A stretch of 64,000 nt of DNA from positions 2,666,001 to 2,730,000 of the forward strand of contig CAJFCJ010000001.1 in assembly GCA_904063045.1 (NCBI GenBank), given 5' to 3'. Positions within the stretch are counted from its first letter, which is position 1, and every line of letters begins with the position of its first letter. This stretch comes from Dimorphilus gyrociliatus. Lineage: Eukaryota > Animalia > Annelida. Below the pieces are notes generated by a model. It was not told where the DNA came from. It ran no database searches and saw nothing but the letters and a program-made list of their open reading frames with translations. Positions 12,101-26,800 of the stretch are shown piece by piece. The position numbers were made by a program, and so were the translations under genes.

Positions 12101-13057
12101 TTACTCTAGTCCAAGTATTGTGCTATCTTCTGGTGGACATGACGGGTGATTATCTTCATTTAAATAATTATAAAAAAGTTTATATTTTTATTTTATACAG
12201 TTCCAGAAACATATTAGACGATTTTCGTGAGGCTTACTACTGGTTAAGACAAAATACTGATGATAAGGCAAGAGTTATGAGTTGGTGGGATTATGGTTAT
12301 CAGATAGCGGGGATGGCAAATCGGACAACTTTAGTGGACAATAACACTTGGAATAATTCACATATAGCTTTAGTCGGAAAAGCAATGTCTTCAAACGAGA
12401 CTGCTGCTTACGAAATAATGAGATCTTTGGATGTTAACTATGTTCTGGTAATATTTGGAGGAGTAATCGGTTATTCAGGAGACGATATAAATAAATTCTT
12501 ATGGATGGTTAGAATTGCTGAAGGAGAACATCCACGAGACATTAGAGAATCTGATTATTTCACACAAAATGGCGAATTTAGGGTTGACAATGCGGGATCA
12601 AAGACACTCTTGAACTGTTTAATGTACAAAATGAGCTATTACAGATTTGGCGATTTGCAGCTGGATATGAGAACCCCTCCGGGATTCGATAGAACTAGAA
12701 ATGTTGAAATAGGAAACAAATATTTTAAACTCACTCATTTAGAAGAAGCATATACCACTGAACATTGGCTTGTGAGAATATACAAGGTAAAGAACTTGAA
12801 GGGTACACAATAAATTAAGCTAAAACAATCATTATTCCATTTCAGGTTAAGGATTTAGCAAATAGACCTAAGCTGACGAAACTAAAAAAAAGAATTCGTC
12901 ATATCACAACGAAAAAAGTAAGATTAAATGTCAGAATTCGAGAAAAACTCATATTAATTTTAACAAATTTTAACAGACTATTAAAAGAAGAAAGGGAACA
13001 ATCAAAGATAAAATAAAAGTTATCAAAGGCAAGAGACCATCGAAAAAGAGAACTTAA
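9183..13057 (+). CDS. STT3B: Oligosaccharyltransferase catalytic subunit STT3B
   Basis: Many small exons joined by GT-AG introns. Motifs IHEFDPWFNYR, SVSEHQP and WWDYG, DNNTWNN are present. The basic tail ([10 protein letters not shown]...[26 protein letters not shown]) is typical of STT3B rather than STT3A. Confidence 0.95.
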
Positions 13058-13308
13058 AACCAGTTGCGGCCATACCTAGTCATGTGATGAACTAAGTAAC
13101 AATTGATCAAATAATTAACATTTTGTTGTTAGAAATCGTTGTTTTTTTGTACATACGATAGTGCCTTTGTGCGTAAGAAAGTTTTTGAGTATCTTGATTG
13201 TATAAACTAAAAAACTAACGATACATAAAATAATGGCTGCGAAATATATAGTAGGAATTTTTGTGCTGAATTAATGTTATCCTGTAATGTATATACCTAT
13301 ACATACAA

Positions 13309-13314
<6 letters not shown>

Positions 13315-13355
<41 letters not shown>

Positions 13356-13356
13356 C
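13315..13356. repeat. (TA)n microsatellite
   Basis: Long TA run between the converging 3' ends of STT3B and ABCC copy 1. Confidence 0.9.
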
Positions 13357-13739
13357 ATTATTCCAGTATTTACCATCAAAAACCCTGTTTAATTCTAATT
13401 ACATTTCATTGTTCTAAATAAAGAAAACAACAGATAATAATATTTAATAATATCAAACAAACGCAATCAAAAACACAATTAAAGTTGATCAATCAAGTTT
13501 TCATTACCCGATTCATTGAAAAATTAATAAATAAAGACATTTTCAATATGTACTAACTAAACACAACAATAGTTACGCATTATCGAACATCCACAGCAAA
13601 CGCAAAAGAAAACAAATGTGGCAATGTAAAATAACAATTAAAGCACTCAATTCGAAAACCTAAAAAGAGCTTCATCTAATCTATAACAAACAACACCTTT
13701 CACAGAAAAATTGAAGCCATAATCTTGCAGAGGTCAAAT

Positions 13740-16700
13740 TTAGTATTCAATATCATCAAGGCAACCCGACTCTGTTATAATGTTATCTGGAACATCAACC
13801 TTCCGAACGACGCCGTCGTGTAGCACAACAATAACATCCGAATCAATAATAGTTTTCAATCTATGAGCTATTACGATTTTTGTACAATTCGTAAAATGTT
13901 CCATCAACGTTTCTTGAATGATTTTATCAATCTTTTCGTCAATGTTCGCTGTTACTTCGTCCATAACTAATATTCTTGGTTTTGATAACATCGCTCTAGC
14001 TAAACACACTAATTGTTTTTCACCAACACTTAAGTTATTTCCCCTTTCTTGGATTGAAAAGTTCAATTTATCTACTGATTTCGCGAATTTATCAACTAAT
14101 TGAGTCTTATATAAAGCTGTCCAAATTTCTTCGTCTTCAAATTCATCGAAAGGGTCAATATTCTTTCGGATGGAGCCATTGAAAAGAAAAGGTTCTTGGG
14201 GAATTACTGAAATACCAGATCTCGCTTTTCCTAAAGGTAACTTTGTTAAATCTATACCGTCCAATACAATTTCACCTTGTGGTTCATATAGACGAAGAAG
14301 AGCGGCGATTAAAGAACTTTTACCGGATCCAGTTCTACCAATTACGCCAATCTGATTGAGAAAAAGTCAGTCAAGTTATAGAGAGAATAAATTTAGAAAA
14401 ATGAGGAAAACCTTTTGATTATGTTGAAAAGTGAGATTGATGTTTTGCAAAGCCGCTTTTTCGCATCCATCATAGTAAAGATAAACATTCCTAAATTCTA
14501 ATTGTCCACTTTTCGGCCAATCACTAGGCACGACAATATCGTGATTAGAGTCATATTTTTCCAATTCTAAATTCGAATATTCTATTATCCTCGTTACTGA
14601 TGTCATCTATAAAAGGGTCAATTTCGCTAAAGACAGATCATTACCATGCTTTTGAAATACTACTTACATAATTTTCGAATTCAGTAATCTGCCTTACTAG
14701 CCATTCATAGTATTCAACAACCTCTAAATTCGAAATGAATGCCACACCCAGAATCCTCAAATTAATTGAATCCGTAACAAAAATTGAGATTATTGAAAGG
14801 AAAAAAATTACACATGACATCATATAACCATTTCTATAAACGAGCCACCTTGAGGTATAAATGAAAACAATCCAAGTTTTCAGATGTTCATTTGTATTTT
14901 TAAAAAATTTGTTCAAGTAAGTATTTTCCATATTGAAATTTCGTATTGTAATTAAACCATCTAATGTATCAGATATATGAGAATAGAAAGGGCTTCTCTT
15001 AGCCGCTTCTAACCATTTCATCATCTTTGTAAGTTTTAATCCATAAAAGGTCACGAAAGCTGTTGCAACGAAAATTGGGATTATTGCAAAAGCCATCCAA
15101 TATACAGCTACTATGCTCAGGATCATATTAATGCAGATATCAAAAGAAACATATAATCCCCAATGAAAAGTAATCGCAAGTTTATCATCAATAAAAAGTA
15201 AATCTCTTGAAAATCTATTCAAAATATTCCCCGATGGAGTTTTACTGAAAAAATCCAACTTTGAATTTAAAACTCTTTGGAAGAGTTTATTATGAAGATT
15301 CTCTCCAACACTTGTTGTAAATGTTAAAGCTGAATAGTTTCGAAGAAAATCAACTACGAATATGGCAAACAGTAAACTTAAATAGGTAATGAAAACAGTT
15401 TTTTGAGATGACATGTCTTTATCAGAATTAGTTGTTAGAGTTGTCAATAAATAATCAGAATATATTCTTAATGGATTGATTACTATAGACAACGCTACTG
15501 CTGTTATTAAGAAAAACACATTTCCCGATGTAAAATATGTTCGATATGTTTTCATATCCGATAAACCCAATCGTAAACTGTTTTCTCCTTCTTCGGGACT
15601 CTCTTCAATAGCTTCCAACCTTTCAGGCGGATTATTCATTTCTTCCTTCAAATAAGATAAATTCATATCATTTTCAAGTTTCTGAAAGTTTTCATAATCT
15701 CCTAAGAATATCGTTTTTCCTTTATTGAGTATAAGTATTTTATCTGCTCTTTCGAAATATGCCGAATGATGAGTAACGAGAATAACTATTTTATCTTTCA
15801 GAAACGTCCTTATACAATCGTAGAATAATCCTTTTCCAACTTTTAGATCTACTGCACTTAGTGGATCATCCAAGAGATATACATCCGCCTCTTTATATAC
15901 ACATCTTGCTAGAGATATTCTTGATCTTTGACCTCCGCTTAGTGTTACTCCCTTTTCCCCAACGAATGATAAATCACCATTCGGGAAACGTTCCAAGTCC
16001 TACAACGTTTTAAACGATAAAGAGATTTGTCATTTGATAAAAGATTAGAGAACACTACCTTTTCCAGACAACAAACGTTTAAAACTGTTTTGTAGCGTTC
16101 CTCATCATAATCCGAATGAAACAAGATATTCTCCTTGATAGTACCGTGAAATATCCAAGGTTCTTGAGCAGCATAGGCGTATTGGAAGCTGTTATTGAAT
16201 TGGGTATTGGAGGATAAAGATAATTCACCCATTAGAGATTGGAGGAGAGCCGTCTATGTATAAAATGAATGTAAACAATGACACTATATGTTATGGCTAG
16301 AAAACTAACCTTTCCAGATCCAACTTCTCCAGTAATGATTAAGACTTGTCCTTCTTCAATGGAAAAGGTAATATTTTGAATTGTGTATTCTGAATAATCG
16401 TTTTCCTGAGTTTGCCAACTGGCAGAAAGATTGTTGACATATAAAACATTTCCGTTTGGTTTTATTTCTCTTTTTACAAAATCTGGTTCTTGAATGAAAT
16501 CCTAAAAGATAAAGCAAAAATAATGAAATATCTTAAGTAAGTGATAATAAACCTACCAATATTCTCTGAAGAGACTCATGAACTTGAATGAAATCGCTTA
16601 ATTTAGTTGTATAGCATGACATGACTATATAGATTAAGGCGTTCAAGAATGACATTACGGTGAATGTTGTAGATAAAGTGAGCGGTTGTGGATTTGATGA

Positions 16701-18035
16701 TAACTTCCAATATGATAAAAATGTTGTCAAGAATAGGATTTTAGCACTGGTAATAAATAGAGAAAAATATAAAGATCTAAAGAAATAGGCTTTTCTATAA
16801 CAACTAAGTTCGAATTTTCTTAATTTTGCAATTGTTTGTCCAAAAACTTTTTCCCAAACATTCATCTTTATAATTTTCATTCCTCGAATTATTTCACCGA
16901 TCATTTCAATTCTTTTATCTGTTGCCCTATTTATCCTTTGGCGTTGAACACCTTCATAACATGATAGAGATAAACCTATTGCCCAAAAGGTTATTGTAGC
17001 TAAAGCTATTAAAGTTACTATCCAACCCAAAACTGAAGATAAAATTAAGAGAATAGCAACGGATAGAACTGGAACTGAGAGAATATAGAGAAATGCATCA
17101 GTCATTGGTATTTTTTCAACATCAGAAGAGAGTAGATTTGTGATATGCCCATTAGTAAAATCTTTCGTCGACGAAGTAGAAATTCTTAATATCTATTTTT
17201 GAAACTTTGTAATGAAATGATTGAAACAATGCTTTGATTGAATACCTTTGAATATACCATAGTTGAAAATGTTGCTCTGTTTTTAGCTCCTATAACAGTG
17301 CCAAAAAAGTAAAAATAACTGTTTATTTGAAGAGTACATGCTACAGAGAAGGAAAATAATAATGCTAGGGCAAAAGTCTTTAGTTTATATCCTACTTCGA
17401 CATTTAAAGTTTCTAAATACGAAAAATATAATCCAAATATCAGTGGTGTGAAAATCCTACATGATTCCTGTTAAGTAATCAAAGCTCTCAAATAAATAAA
17501 TTATTTTCAAATATTAAGAACAAACAGCTATTATGTGGGTAATTATGCATAAGATGATGTTCTTTTTTTGAAGACCTCCTGCCCATAGAAATGCTTTTAA
17601 TGCTCTTAAACTTCCTTTACTGGGTTTGTAACTCCTTTAATCAGTTGTTATATGTTAAATATATATAAATTGAAAAAAGAAGAGAACGTATTTGCTTAAA
17701 AAGTCTTACTTAATGTAATCGTATTGCGTTTCGATTTTATCTTCTGGAAGAAGAGTGGAGACATCATCTTCGGTTATTCTCCTTTTTTGAGATTCTCGAA
17801 AGAAGCCATTTAACCAGCTAAGGATTAAAAACCGGCTTGAAAGTTTGTAAAAGGCATTGTGAAAAATATTCAACTAACCATAGAAAAAATTTTGATAAAA
17901 AATTAGCTGAAGAGTAAGCAGATTTGTGTTTTTCGTGTCCTAATTAAAAAAACAACTAACTTTCCAATTAATGGTTGCAATCAACAGTTAAATATAACTA
18001 CAACCTAGTAAGAGAGATGTTTCCTCACTAGACAT
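13740..18035 (-). CDS. ABCC/MRP4-like ABC transporter, tandem copy 1 (TMD1-NBD1-TMD2-NBD2, no TMD0)
   Basis: Start MSSEETSLLLG at 18035, then SANFLSKFFLW-WLNGFF. NBD1 has GEVGSGKT, LSGGQRSR and LLDDPLSAVD. NBD2 has GRTGSGKSS, LSVGEKQL, MDEVTA and IAHRL. Exons join in frame. Confidence 0.92.
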
Positions 18036-18404
18036 AGCGGCTGAAAAGAAATCTTTCAAAACTAGTTCTATTGCAAAACCTTTTTCATACTCTTTCTATT
18101 CATTGTATGATATGAAAATTACCATATATTTCAAGTTGTTCAACAATGCCAAAAAAGGATTCTTTATAGATATTGACAATAGAAACTTTTCATGATGATT
18201 CTTTTGTTAAGAAACATTTTACTTTTCTGCACTTTTCTATTAAAACAAATAACAGAATATTTTTGAAAAGTAACATATCGAATCTTGTTAACTAGGCAAT
18301 TAATTAATCAATACACAATGATTATAAAACAGAAACATAATTAATTTTTTCAATTTAAAAATCGTAATTACATCAACAATCGTTAACTATAATATCTCTT
18401 AAGT

Positions 18405-21400
18405 TTAATATTTTATCTCATCTAGAAACGCTGAATCAATGATAATATTCTCTGGAATATCAATCTTACGAACAACGCCGTCGTGTAGCACAACGATAAC
18501 ATCCGAATCAATAATAGTTTTCAATCTATGAGCTATTACGATTTTTGTACAATTCGTAAAATGTTCCATCAACGTTTCTTGAATGATTTTATCAATCTTT
18601 TCGTCAATGTTCGCTGTTACTTCGTCCATAACTAATATTCTTGGTTTTGATAACATCGCTCTAGCTAAACACACTAATTGTTTTTCACCAACACTTAAGT
18701 TATTTCCCCTTTCTTGGATTGGAAAGTCCAATTTATCTACTGATTTCGCGAATTTATCAACTGATTGAGTCTTATGTAAAGCTGTCCAAATTTCTTCGTC
18801 TTCAAATTCATCGAAAGGGTCAATATTCTTTCGGATGGAGCCATTGAAAAGAAAAGGTTCTTGGGGAATTACTGAAATACCAGATCTCGCTTTTCCTAAA
18901 GGTAACTTTGTTAAATCTATACCGTCCAATACAATTTCACCTTGTGGTTCATATAGACGAAGAAGAGCGGCGATTAAAGAACTTTTACCGGATCCAGTTC
19001 TACCAATTACGCCAATCTGATTGAGAAAAAAGTCAGTCAAGTTATAGAGAGAATAAATTTAGAAAAATGAGGAAAACCTTTTGATTATGTTGAAAAGTGA
19101 GATTGATGTTTTGCAAAGCCGCTTTTTCGCATCCATCATAGTAAAGATAAACATTCCTAAATTCTAATTGTCCACTTTTCGGCCAATCACTAGGCACGAC
19201 AATATCGCGATTAGAGTCATATTTTTCCAATTCTAAATTCGAATATTCTATTATCCTCGTTACTGATGTCATCTATAAAAGGGTCAATTTCGCTAAAGAT
19301 AGATCATTACCATGCTTTTGAAATACTACTTACATAATTTTCGAATTCAGTAATCTGCCTTACTAGCCATTCATAGTATTCAACAATATCTAAATTCGAA
19401 ATGAATGCCACACCCAGAATCCTCAAATTAATTGAATCCGTAACAAAAATTGAGATTATTGAAAGGGAAAAAATTATAAAAGTCACTATATATCCATTTC
19501 TAAACACTAGCCACCTTGTTGAAAGGACAAATAAAATCCATATTTTTAGATGTTCATTTGTATTTTTAAAAAATTTGTTCAAGTAAGTATTTTCCATATT
19601 GAAATTTCGTATTGTAATTAAACCATCTAATGTATCAGATATATGAGAATAGAAAGGGCTTCTCTTAGCCGCTTCTAACCATTTAACAACTTTTGTCAGC
19701 CTAATAGCGTAATATGCAAGATACATCGTTACAATGACTATAGGTATTATAACAAAAATCATCCAGTAAACAGCTACTATACTCAGTATCATGTACACTA
19801 CAATATCAAAAGATACAAAAATTGCCCAATGAAAAGTAACCGCAAGTTTATCATCAATAAATAGTAAATCTCTAGAAAATCTATTCAATATATTCCCCGA
19901 TGGAGTTTTACTAAAAAAGTCCAACTTTGAATTTAAAACTCTTTGGAAGAGTTTATTATGAAGATTCTCTCCAGCGCTTGTTGTAAACGATAAAGCTAAA
20001 TAGTTTCGAAGAAAATCAACAATGAATATGGCAAACAGTAAACATAAATAAGTGATGAAAATAGTTTCTTGAGACGTTTTATCTTTATCACTATTAGTTG
20101 TTAGTGTTGATAAAAGATAGTCTGAATAAATTTTCAATGGATTAATAAGTAATGAAAAGAATATTGTAGATATTAAAAGCAGATTTTTTCCACTTGTGAA
20201 ATATGTACGATATGCTTTCATATCTGATAAATTAACCCTAAAAGTTTCTTCATTTTCTTCTGTACCCTTATCTTTAATTAGAAACTTATCAACAGAAATT
20301 TTGCTATCTTCTTCCTTCAAATAAGATAAATTAATATCATTTTCAAGTTTCTGAAAGTTTTCATAATCTCCTAAGAATATCGTTTTTCCTTTATTGAGTA
20401 TAAGTATTTTATCTGCTCTTTCGAAATATGCCGAATGATGAGTAACGAGAATAACTATTTTATCTTTCAGAAACGTCCTTATACAATCGTAGAATAATCC
20501 TTTTCCAACTTTTAGATCTACTGCACTTAGTGGATCATCCAAGAGATATACATCCGCCTCTTTATATACACATCTTGCTAGAGATATTCTTGATCTTTGA
20601 CCTCCGCTTAGTGTTACTCCCTTTTCCCCAACGAATGATAAATCACCATTCGGGAAACGTTCCAAGTCCTACAACGTTTTAAACGATAAAGAGATTTGTC
20701 ATTTGATAAAAGATTAGAGAACACTACCTTTTCCAGACAACAAACGTTTAAAACTGTTTTGTAGCGTTCCTCATCATAATCCGAATGAAACAAGATATTC
20801 TCCTTGATAGTACCGTGAAATATCCAAGGTTCTTGAGCAGCATAGGCGTATTGGAAGCTGTTATTGAATTGGGTATTGGAGGATAAAGATAATTCACCCA
20901 TTAGAGATTGGAGGAGAGCCGTCTATGTATAAAATGAATGTAAACAATGACACTATATGTTATGGCTAGAAAACTAACCTTTCCAGATCCAACTTCTCCA
21001 GTAATGATTAAGACTTGTCCTTCTTCAATGGAAAAGGTAATATTTTGAATTGTGTATTCTGAATAATCGTTTTCCTGGGTTTGCCAACTGGCAGAAAGAT
21101 TGTTGACATATAAAACATTTCCGTTTGGTTTTATTTCTCTTTTTACAAAATCTGGTTCTTGAATGAAATCCTAAAAGATAAAGCAAAAATAATGAAATAC
21201 CTTAAGTAACTGATAATAAACATACCAATATTCTCTGAAGAGACTCATGAACTTGAATGAAATAGCTGAAATTGTTCGTGTAGATGGATAGTGAGAGAAA
21301 GTACAGCACATTTAGAAGTGACATTGCCATAAATGTCGTTGATAAAGAAAGAGTTTGGGGATTTGTCTGTAGTTTCCAGTACGAAAAAAATGTTGTCAAG

Positions 21401-22703
21401 AAGAGAATTTTAGCACAAGTAATAAATAAAGAAAAATATAAAGATCTAAAGAAATAGGCTTTTCTATAACAACTAAGTTCGAATTTTCTTAATTTTGCAA
21501 TAGTTTGTCCAAAAGCCTTTTCCCAAACATTCATCTTTATAATTTTCATTCCTCGAATTATTTCACCCATCATTTCAATTCTTTTATCTGTTGCCCTATT
21601 TATCCTTTGGCGTTGAACACCTTCATAAAATGATAGAGATAATCCTATTGCCCAAAAAATTAGTGCAACAATAGCAACAATGACTGTAGTCCAACCAAAA
21701 TATGTGTATAGGATTAGTAAAATTGTAATGCAAAGTATTGGCACTGAGAAAATATACAGAAAAGCATCAGCCATTGGTATTTTTTCAACGTCAGATGAAA
21801 GTAGATTTGTGATATGTCCAGTACTAAAATTTTTCATTGATGAAGTAGATAGTCTCAATATCTAAATGTTTAAATTGTAACGAAATGGATAAGAACATGT
21901 TTTGATTGAATACCTTGGAATAAATCATAGTTGAAAATGCTGCTCGGTTTTTAGCTCCTATGATGCTTCCGAAGTAGAAGAAATAACTATTTACTTGGAG
22001 AGTGATTGCCAAGCAGAGAGAGAACAGAATAGCCATTGCAAAAGTTGATAATTTAGTAGCTGTTTTGTCGTGCAAACTCTCCAGATATGAAAAATACTCC
22101 TTAAATAGAACTTGTGTAATTATTCTACATGATTCCTTTTAAATAAATGAATGATTTTTTATTGAGTTAGTCATTTATTAAATGAAAAATACCAACTGCT
22201 ATTATATGGCAAATCAAGAATAGGAAAACGTTCTTTTTCTGAAGACTTAATACCCAAATAAACGCTTTGAACACTCTTAAATGCCCTTTACTTGGTTTAT
22301 AGTTCCTGTAATTTTGTATAATTGCGTAAATAAAACAATAGAATTTGAAAAAACTTACTTGATTTCATCATAATGACTTTCAATTTCATCTTCAGGAAGG
22401 AGAGGGAAAACGTCTTTATCGGTCAATCTCCTTTTATGAGATTCTCTAAACAGGTCGTTGAGCCAACTATTGACATCAAGAAATGTTATTAGATATTTAA
22501 AGTACGACATAAAATAATTAAACTAACCATAGAAAAAACTTGGATAAAAAGTTGGCTGAAGTGTAAGGATGATCATTTTTTTTCTTTCTTTTGTCTAATA
22601 CGGATTAAACATTTTTGAGATTAGCTTGCACCTTTAATATATTAAACCAATGTATTTAACGAGTATTACCTAATAACAATAAAGCTGTTTCTTCACTATC
22701 CAT
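18405..22703 (-). CDS. ABCC/MRP4-like ABC transporter, tandem copy 2
   Basis: Same exon structure and NBD motifs as copy 1. Start MDSEETALLLLG at 22703. The NBD1-TMD2 linker is distinct (EEDSKISVDKF). Confidence 0.92.
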
Positions 22704-23861
22704 TATGGTAAATTTTATAATATTAAATCGTCTTGAGCATAATTTTTCTCCATCACTCAGTTTTACAATGGCCATAAGAGTTAACTTGTCGCTTAATATC
22801 AACGTTTTCGTTACGATTACTTTAACAATAGAATATAGAAAGCATTTCTCAACTATGTTATACATTGAAAATTTTTTGAATGGTTAATATTCTTTATAGA
22901 ATAGAAGACACTGCTCTGTAGATGAAACTGCCGTGACTTTTTATGAAAAATTTGTTAAAGTTCATTTAGGACTTGTTTCCTTAAAGATAAAGAAATCTGT
23001 AAGATACATCAGTAAATACTAATTCAAGAAACAGGTGTTCTTCTTTATTCCGCTTTTAAGTCATAGTGTAAATATCTTTCCTTATCATAAACCTGATTCT
23101 GACATTGTTCGTGTTCTTTTTTCAATGCATAGTATTAATTTTAAACATGTAAATCAATTTTCAACATCTCTATTATAAAACTTATCCAGCATTATAAACT
23201 AACATTCAACTAGCAAGTAGTTAGTCCGATACTTTTTCCCCTCAATATAAAATCAGCATGCTTATAAAACTGGATTACTATATTTATAAAAAAAATGAAT
23301 ATTTAACGCGATTCAAAAGTAATGATTAAGATTTGATGATAGCGATATCAGAAAAAGCATAACAATTGTTTTATAAGTAACAAATTCAACTTGATAGTCA
23401 TATTTTCTTATTTATTTGTTTATTAATCATATATATGGAGGCTATTCACTTTAAACCAGTTCCAATATTGCACCATTCAAAGAAAATCCACTTTTTCATG
23501 CTTTCATGCTTGTGTTCAAAAAATTTCTGTCATGATAAAACTGCCTTTTTTGCAATATCACTTTATCAGCGTTGTTTGATTAATATTTAGAAAGGCCCTT
23601 AGCATAAGCAGCTTCGTGCGACAAGACTATTTATCCTTTAAAATAGACACTATATTGTTGTTTGGAGGAGTTCCTTTGGCTCCTTCTACGGATCCAGTAC
23701 AACTAACCGGAAATGGAAAATTATCCAGTAAGAAATTGTTGTAATTAATTCTGGGTGAAAGACAATACACGATGCCAAATAGTAATCATAGACTAAACTT
23801 CAATAAAAATATAAACTATTGATTCAATTACACATGTCTTTCAGATGAACAAACTCCAACA

Positions 23862-26800
23862 TTATATTTCATCAAGACTAATGGCATCATTGAATATATT
23901 CTCTGGAACATCAACCTTGCGAACGACGCCGTCGTGTAGCACAACGATAACATCCGAATCAATAATAGTTTTCAATCTATGAGCTATTACGATTTTTGTA
24001 CAATTCGTAAAATGTTCCATCAACGTTTCTTGAATGATTTTATCAATCTTTTCGTCAATGTTCGCTGTTACTTCGTCCATAACTAATATTCTTGGTTTTG
24101 ATAACATCGCTCTAGCTAAACACACTAATTGTTTTTCACCAACACTTAAGTTATTTCCCCTTTCTTGGATTGGAAAGTCCAATTTATCTACTGATTTCGC
24201 GAATTTATCAACTAATTTAGTCTTATGTAAAGCTGTCCAAATTTCTTCGTCTTCAAATTCATCGAAAGGGTCAATATTCTTTCGGATGGAGCCATTGAAA
24301 AGAAAAGGTTCTTGGGGAATTACTGAAATACCAGATCTCGCTTTTCCTAAAGGTAACTTTGTTAAATCTATACCGTCCAATACAATTTCACCTTGTGGTT
24401 CATATAGACGAAGAAGAGCGGCGATTAAAGAACTTTTACCGGATCCAGTTCTACCAATTACGCCAATCTGATTGAGAAAAAAGTCAGTCAAGTTATAGAG
24501 AGAATAAATTTAGAAAAATGAGGAAAACCTTTTGATTATGTTGAAAAGTGAGATTGATGTTTTGCAAAGCCGCTTTTTCGCATCCATCATAGTAAAGATA
24601 AACATTCCTAAATTCTAATTGTCCACTTTTCGGCCAATCACTAGGCACGACAATATCGTGATTAGAGTCATAGTTTTCCAATTCTAAATTCGAATATTCT
24701 ATTATCCTCGTTACTGATGTCATCTATAAAAGGGTCAATTTCGCTAAAGATAGATCATTAACGTGCTTTAAAATACTACTTACATAATTTTCAAATTCAG
24801 TTATCTGTCGTATAATCCATTCGAAAAATCCAGTTAATTCTATGTTAGAAATTAAAGCAATACCCAAAACTTTCATATTAATTGAATTAGTTACAAAAAC
24901 TGAGATTATAGAAAATAGCGAAATTTCTGTGATCAATATATATCCATTTTTAAAAATCAACCATCTAGTTGAAGCCAGAAACAACTTCCAAGTTTTCAGA
25001 TGTTCATTTGTATTTTTAAAAAATTTGTTCAAGTAAGTATTTTCCATATTGAAATTTCGTATTGTAATTAAACCATCTAATGTATCAGATATATGAGAAT
25101 AGAAAGGGCTTCTCTTAGCCGCTTCTAACCATTTTATTGTTCTAGTTAGCTTAATACCGTACAAAGCAAGGTACAATGTAGTGAACACAATGACTATTAT
25201 TATAATAACCATCCAATATACAGCTACTATGCTCAGGATCATATTAACTATAATATCGAACAAAAGAAATGTAATCCAATGAAAAGTTGTAGCAAGTTTA
25301 TCATCAATAAAAAGTAAATCTCTTGAAAATCTATTCAAAATATTCCCCGATGGAGTTTTACTGAAAAAATCCAACTTTGAATTTAAAACTCTTTGGAAGA
25401 GTTTATTATGAAGATTCTCTCCAACACTTGTTGTAAATGTTAAAGCTGAATAGTTTCGAAGAAAATCAACTACGAATATGGCAAACAGTAAACTTAAATA
25501 GGTAATGAAAACAGTTTTTTGAGATGACATGTCTTTATCAGAATTAGTTGTTAGAGTTGTCAATAAATAATCAGAATATATTCTTAATGGATTGATTACT
25601 ATAGACAACGCTACTGCTGTTATTAAGAAAAACACATTTCCCGATGTAAAATATGTTCGATATGTTTTCATATCCGATAAACCCAATCGTAAACTGTTTT
25701 CTCCTTCTTCGGGACTCTCTTCAATAGCTTCCAACCTTTCAGGCGGATTATTCATTTCTTCCTTCAAATAAGATAAATTCATATCATTTTCAAGTTTCTG
25801 AAAGTTTTCATAATCTCCTAAGAATATCGTTTTTCCTTTATTGAGTATAAGTATTTTATCTGCTCTTTCGAAATATGCCGAATGATGAGTAACGAGAATA
25901 ACTATTTTATCTTTCAGAAACGTCCTTATACAATCGTAGAATAATCCTTTTCCAACTTTTAGATCTACTGCACTTAGTGGATCATCCAAGAGATATACAT
26001 CCGCCTCTTTATATACACATCTTGCTAGAGATATTCTTGATCTTTGACCTCCGCTTAGTGTTACTCCCTTTTCCCCAACGAATGATAAATCACCATTCGG
26101 GAAACGTTCCAAGTCCTACAACGTTTTAAACGATAAAGAGATTTGTCATTTGATAAAAGATTAGAGAACACTACCTTTTCCAGACAACAAACGTTTAAAA
26201 CTGTTTTGTAGCGTTCCTCATCATAATCCGAATGAAACAAGATATTCTCCTTGATAGTACCGTGAAATATCCAAGGTTCTTGAGCAGCATAGGCGTATTG
26301 GAAGCTGTTATTGAATTGGGTATTGGAGGATAAAGATAATTCACCCATTAGAGATTGGAGGAGAGCCGTCTATGTATAAAATGAATGTAAACAATGACAC
26401 TATATGTTATGGCTAGAAAACTAACCTTTCCAGATCCAACTTCTCCAGTAATGATTAAGACTTGTCCTTCTTCAATGAAAAAGGTAATATTTTGAATTGT
26501 GTATTCTGAATAATCGTTTTCCTGAGTTTGCCAACTGGCAGAAAGATTGTTGACATATAAAACATTTCCGTTTGGTTTTATTTCTCTTTTTACAAAATCT
26601 GGTTCTTGAATGAAATCCTAAAAGATAAAGGAAAAATAATGAAATATCTTAAGTAAGTGATAATAAACCTACCAATATTCTCTGAAGAGACTCATGAACT
26701 TGAATGAAATAGCTCAATTGATTAGTGTAGACGCAGGTAGAAACATAGTAAAATGCGTTTAAAAGTGACATTACGGTGAATGTAGTAGATAAAGTGAGCG

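Noticed and set aside
13955-13975. NBD2 Walker B reads MDEVTA instead of the usual DEATA
   Set aside because: The catalytic Asp-Glu pair, Walker A, signature and H-loop are intact in all three copies, so there is no evidence of inactivity.
22900-23860. Longer spacer between ABCC copies 3 and 2 with short coding-looking stretches
   Set aside because: No ORF, terminal repeats or recognisable motif.
13918-25036. Repeated 61-145 aa plus-strand ORFs inside the ABCC copies
   Set aside because: They are antisense shadows of ABCC exons and recur only because the gene is triplicated.
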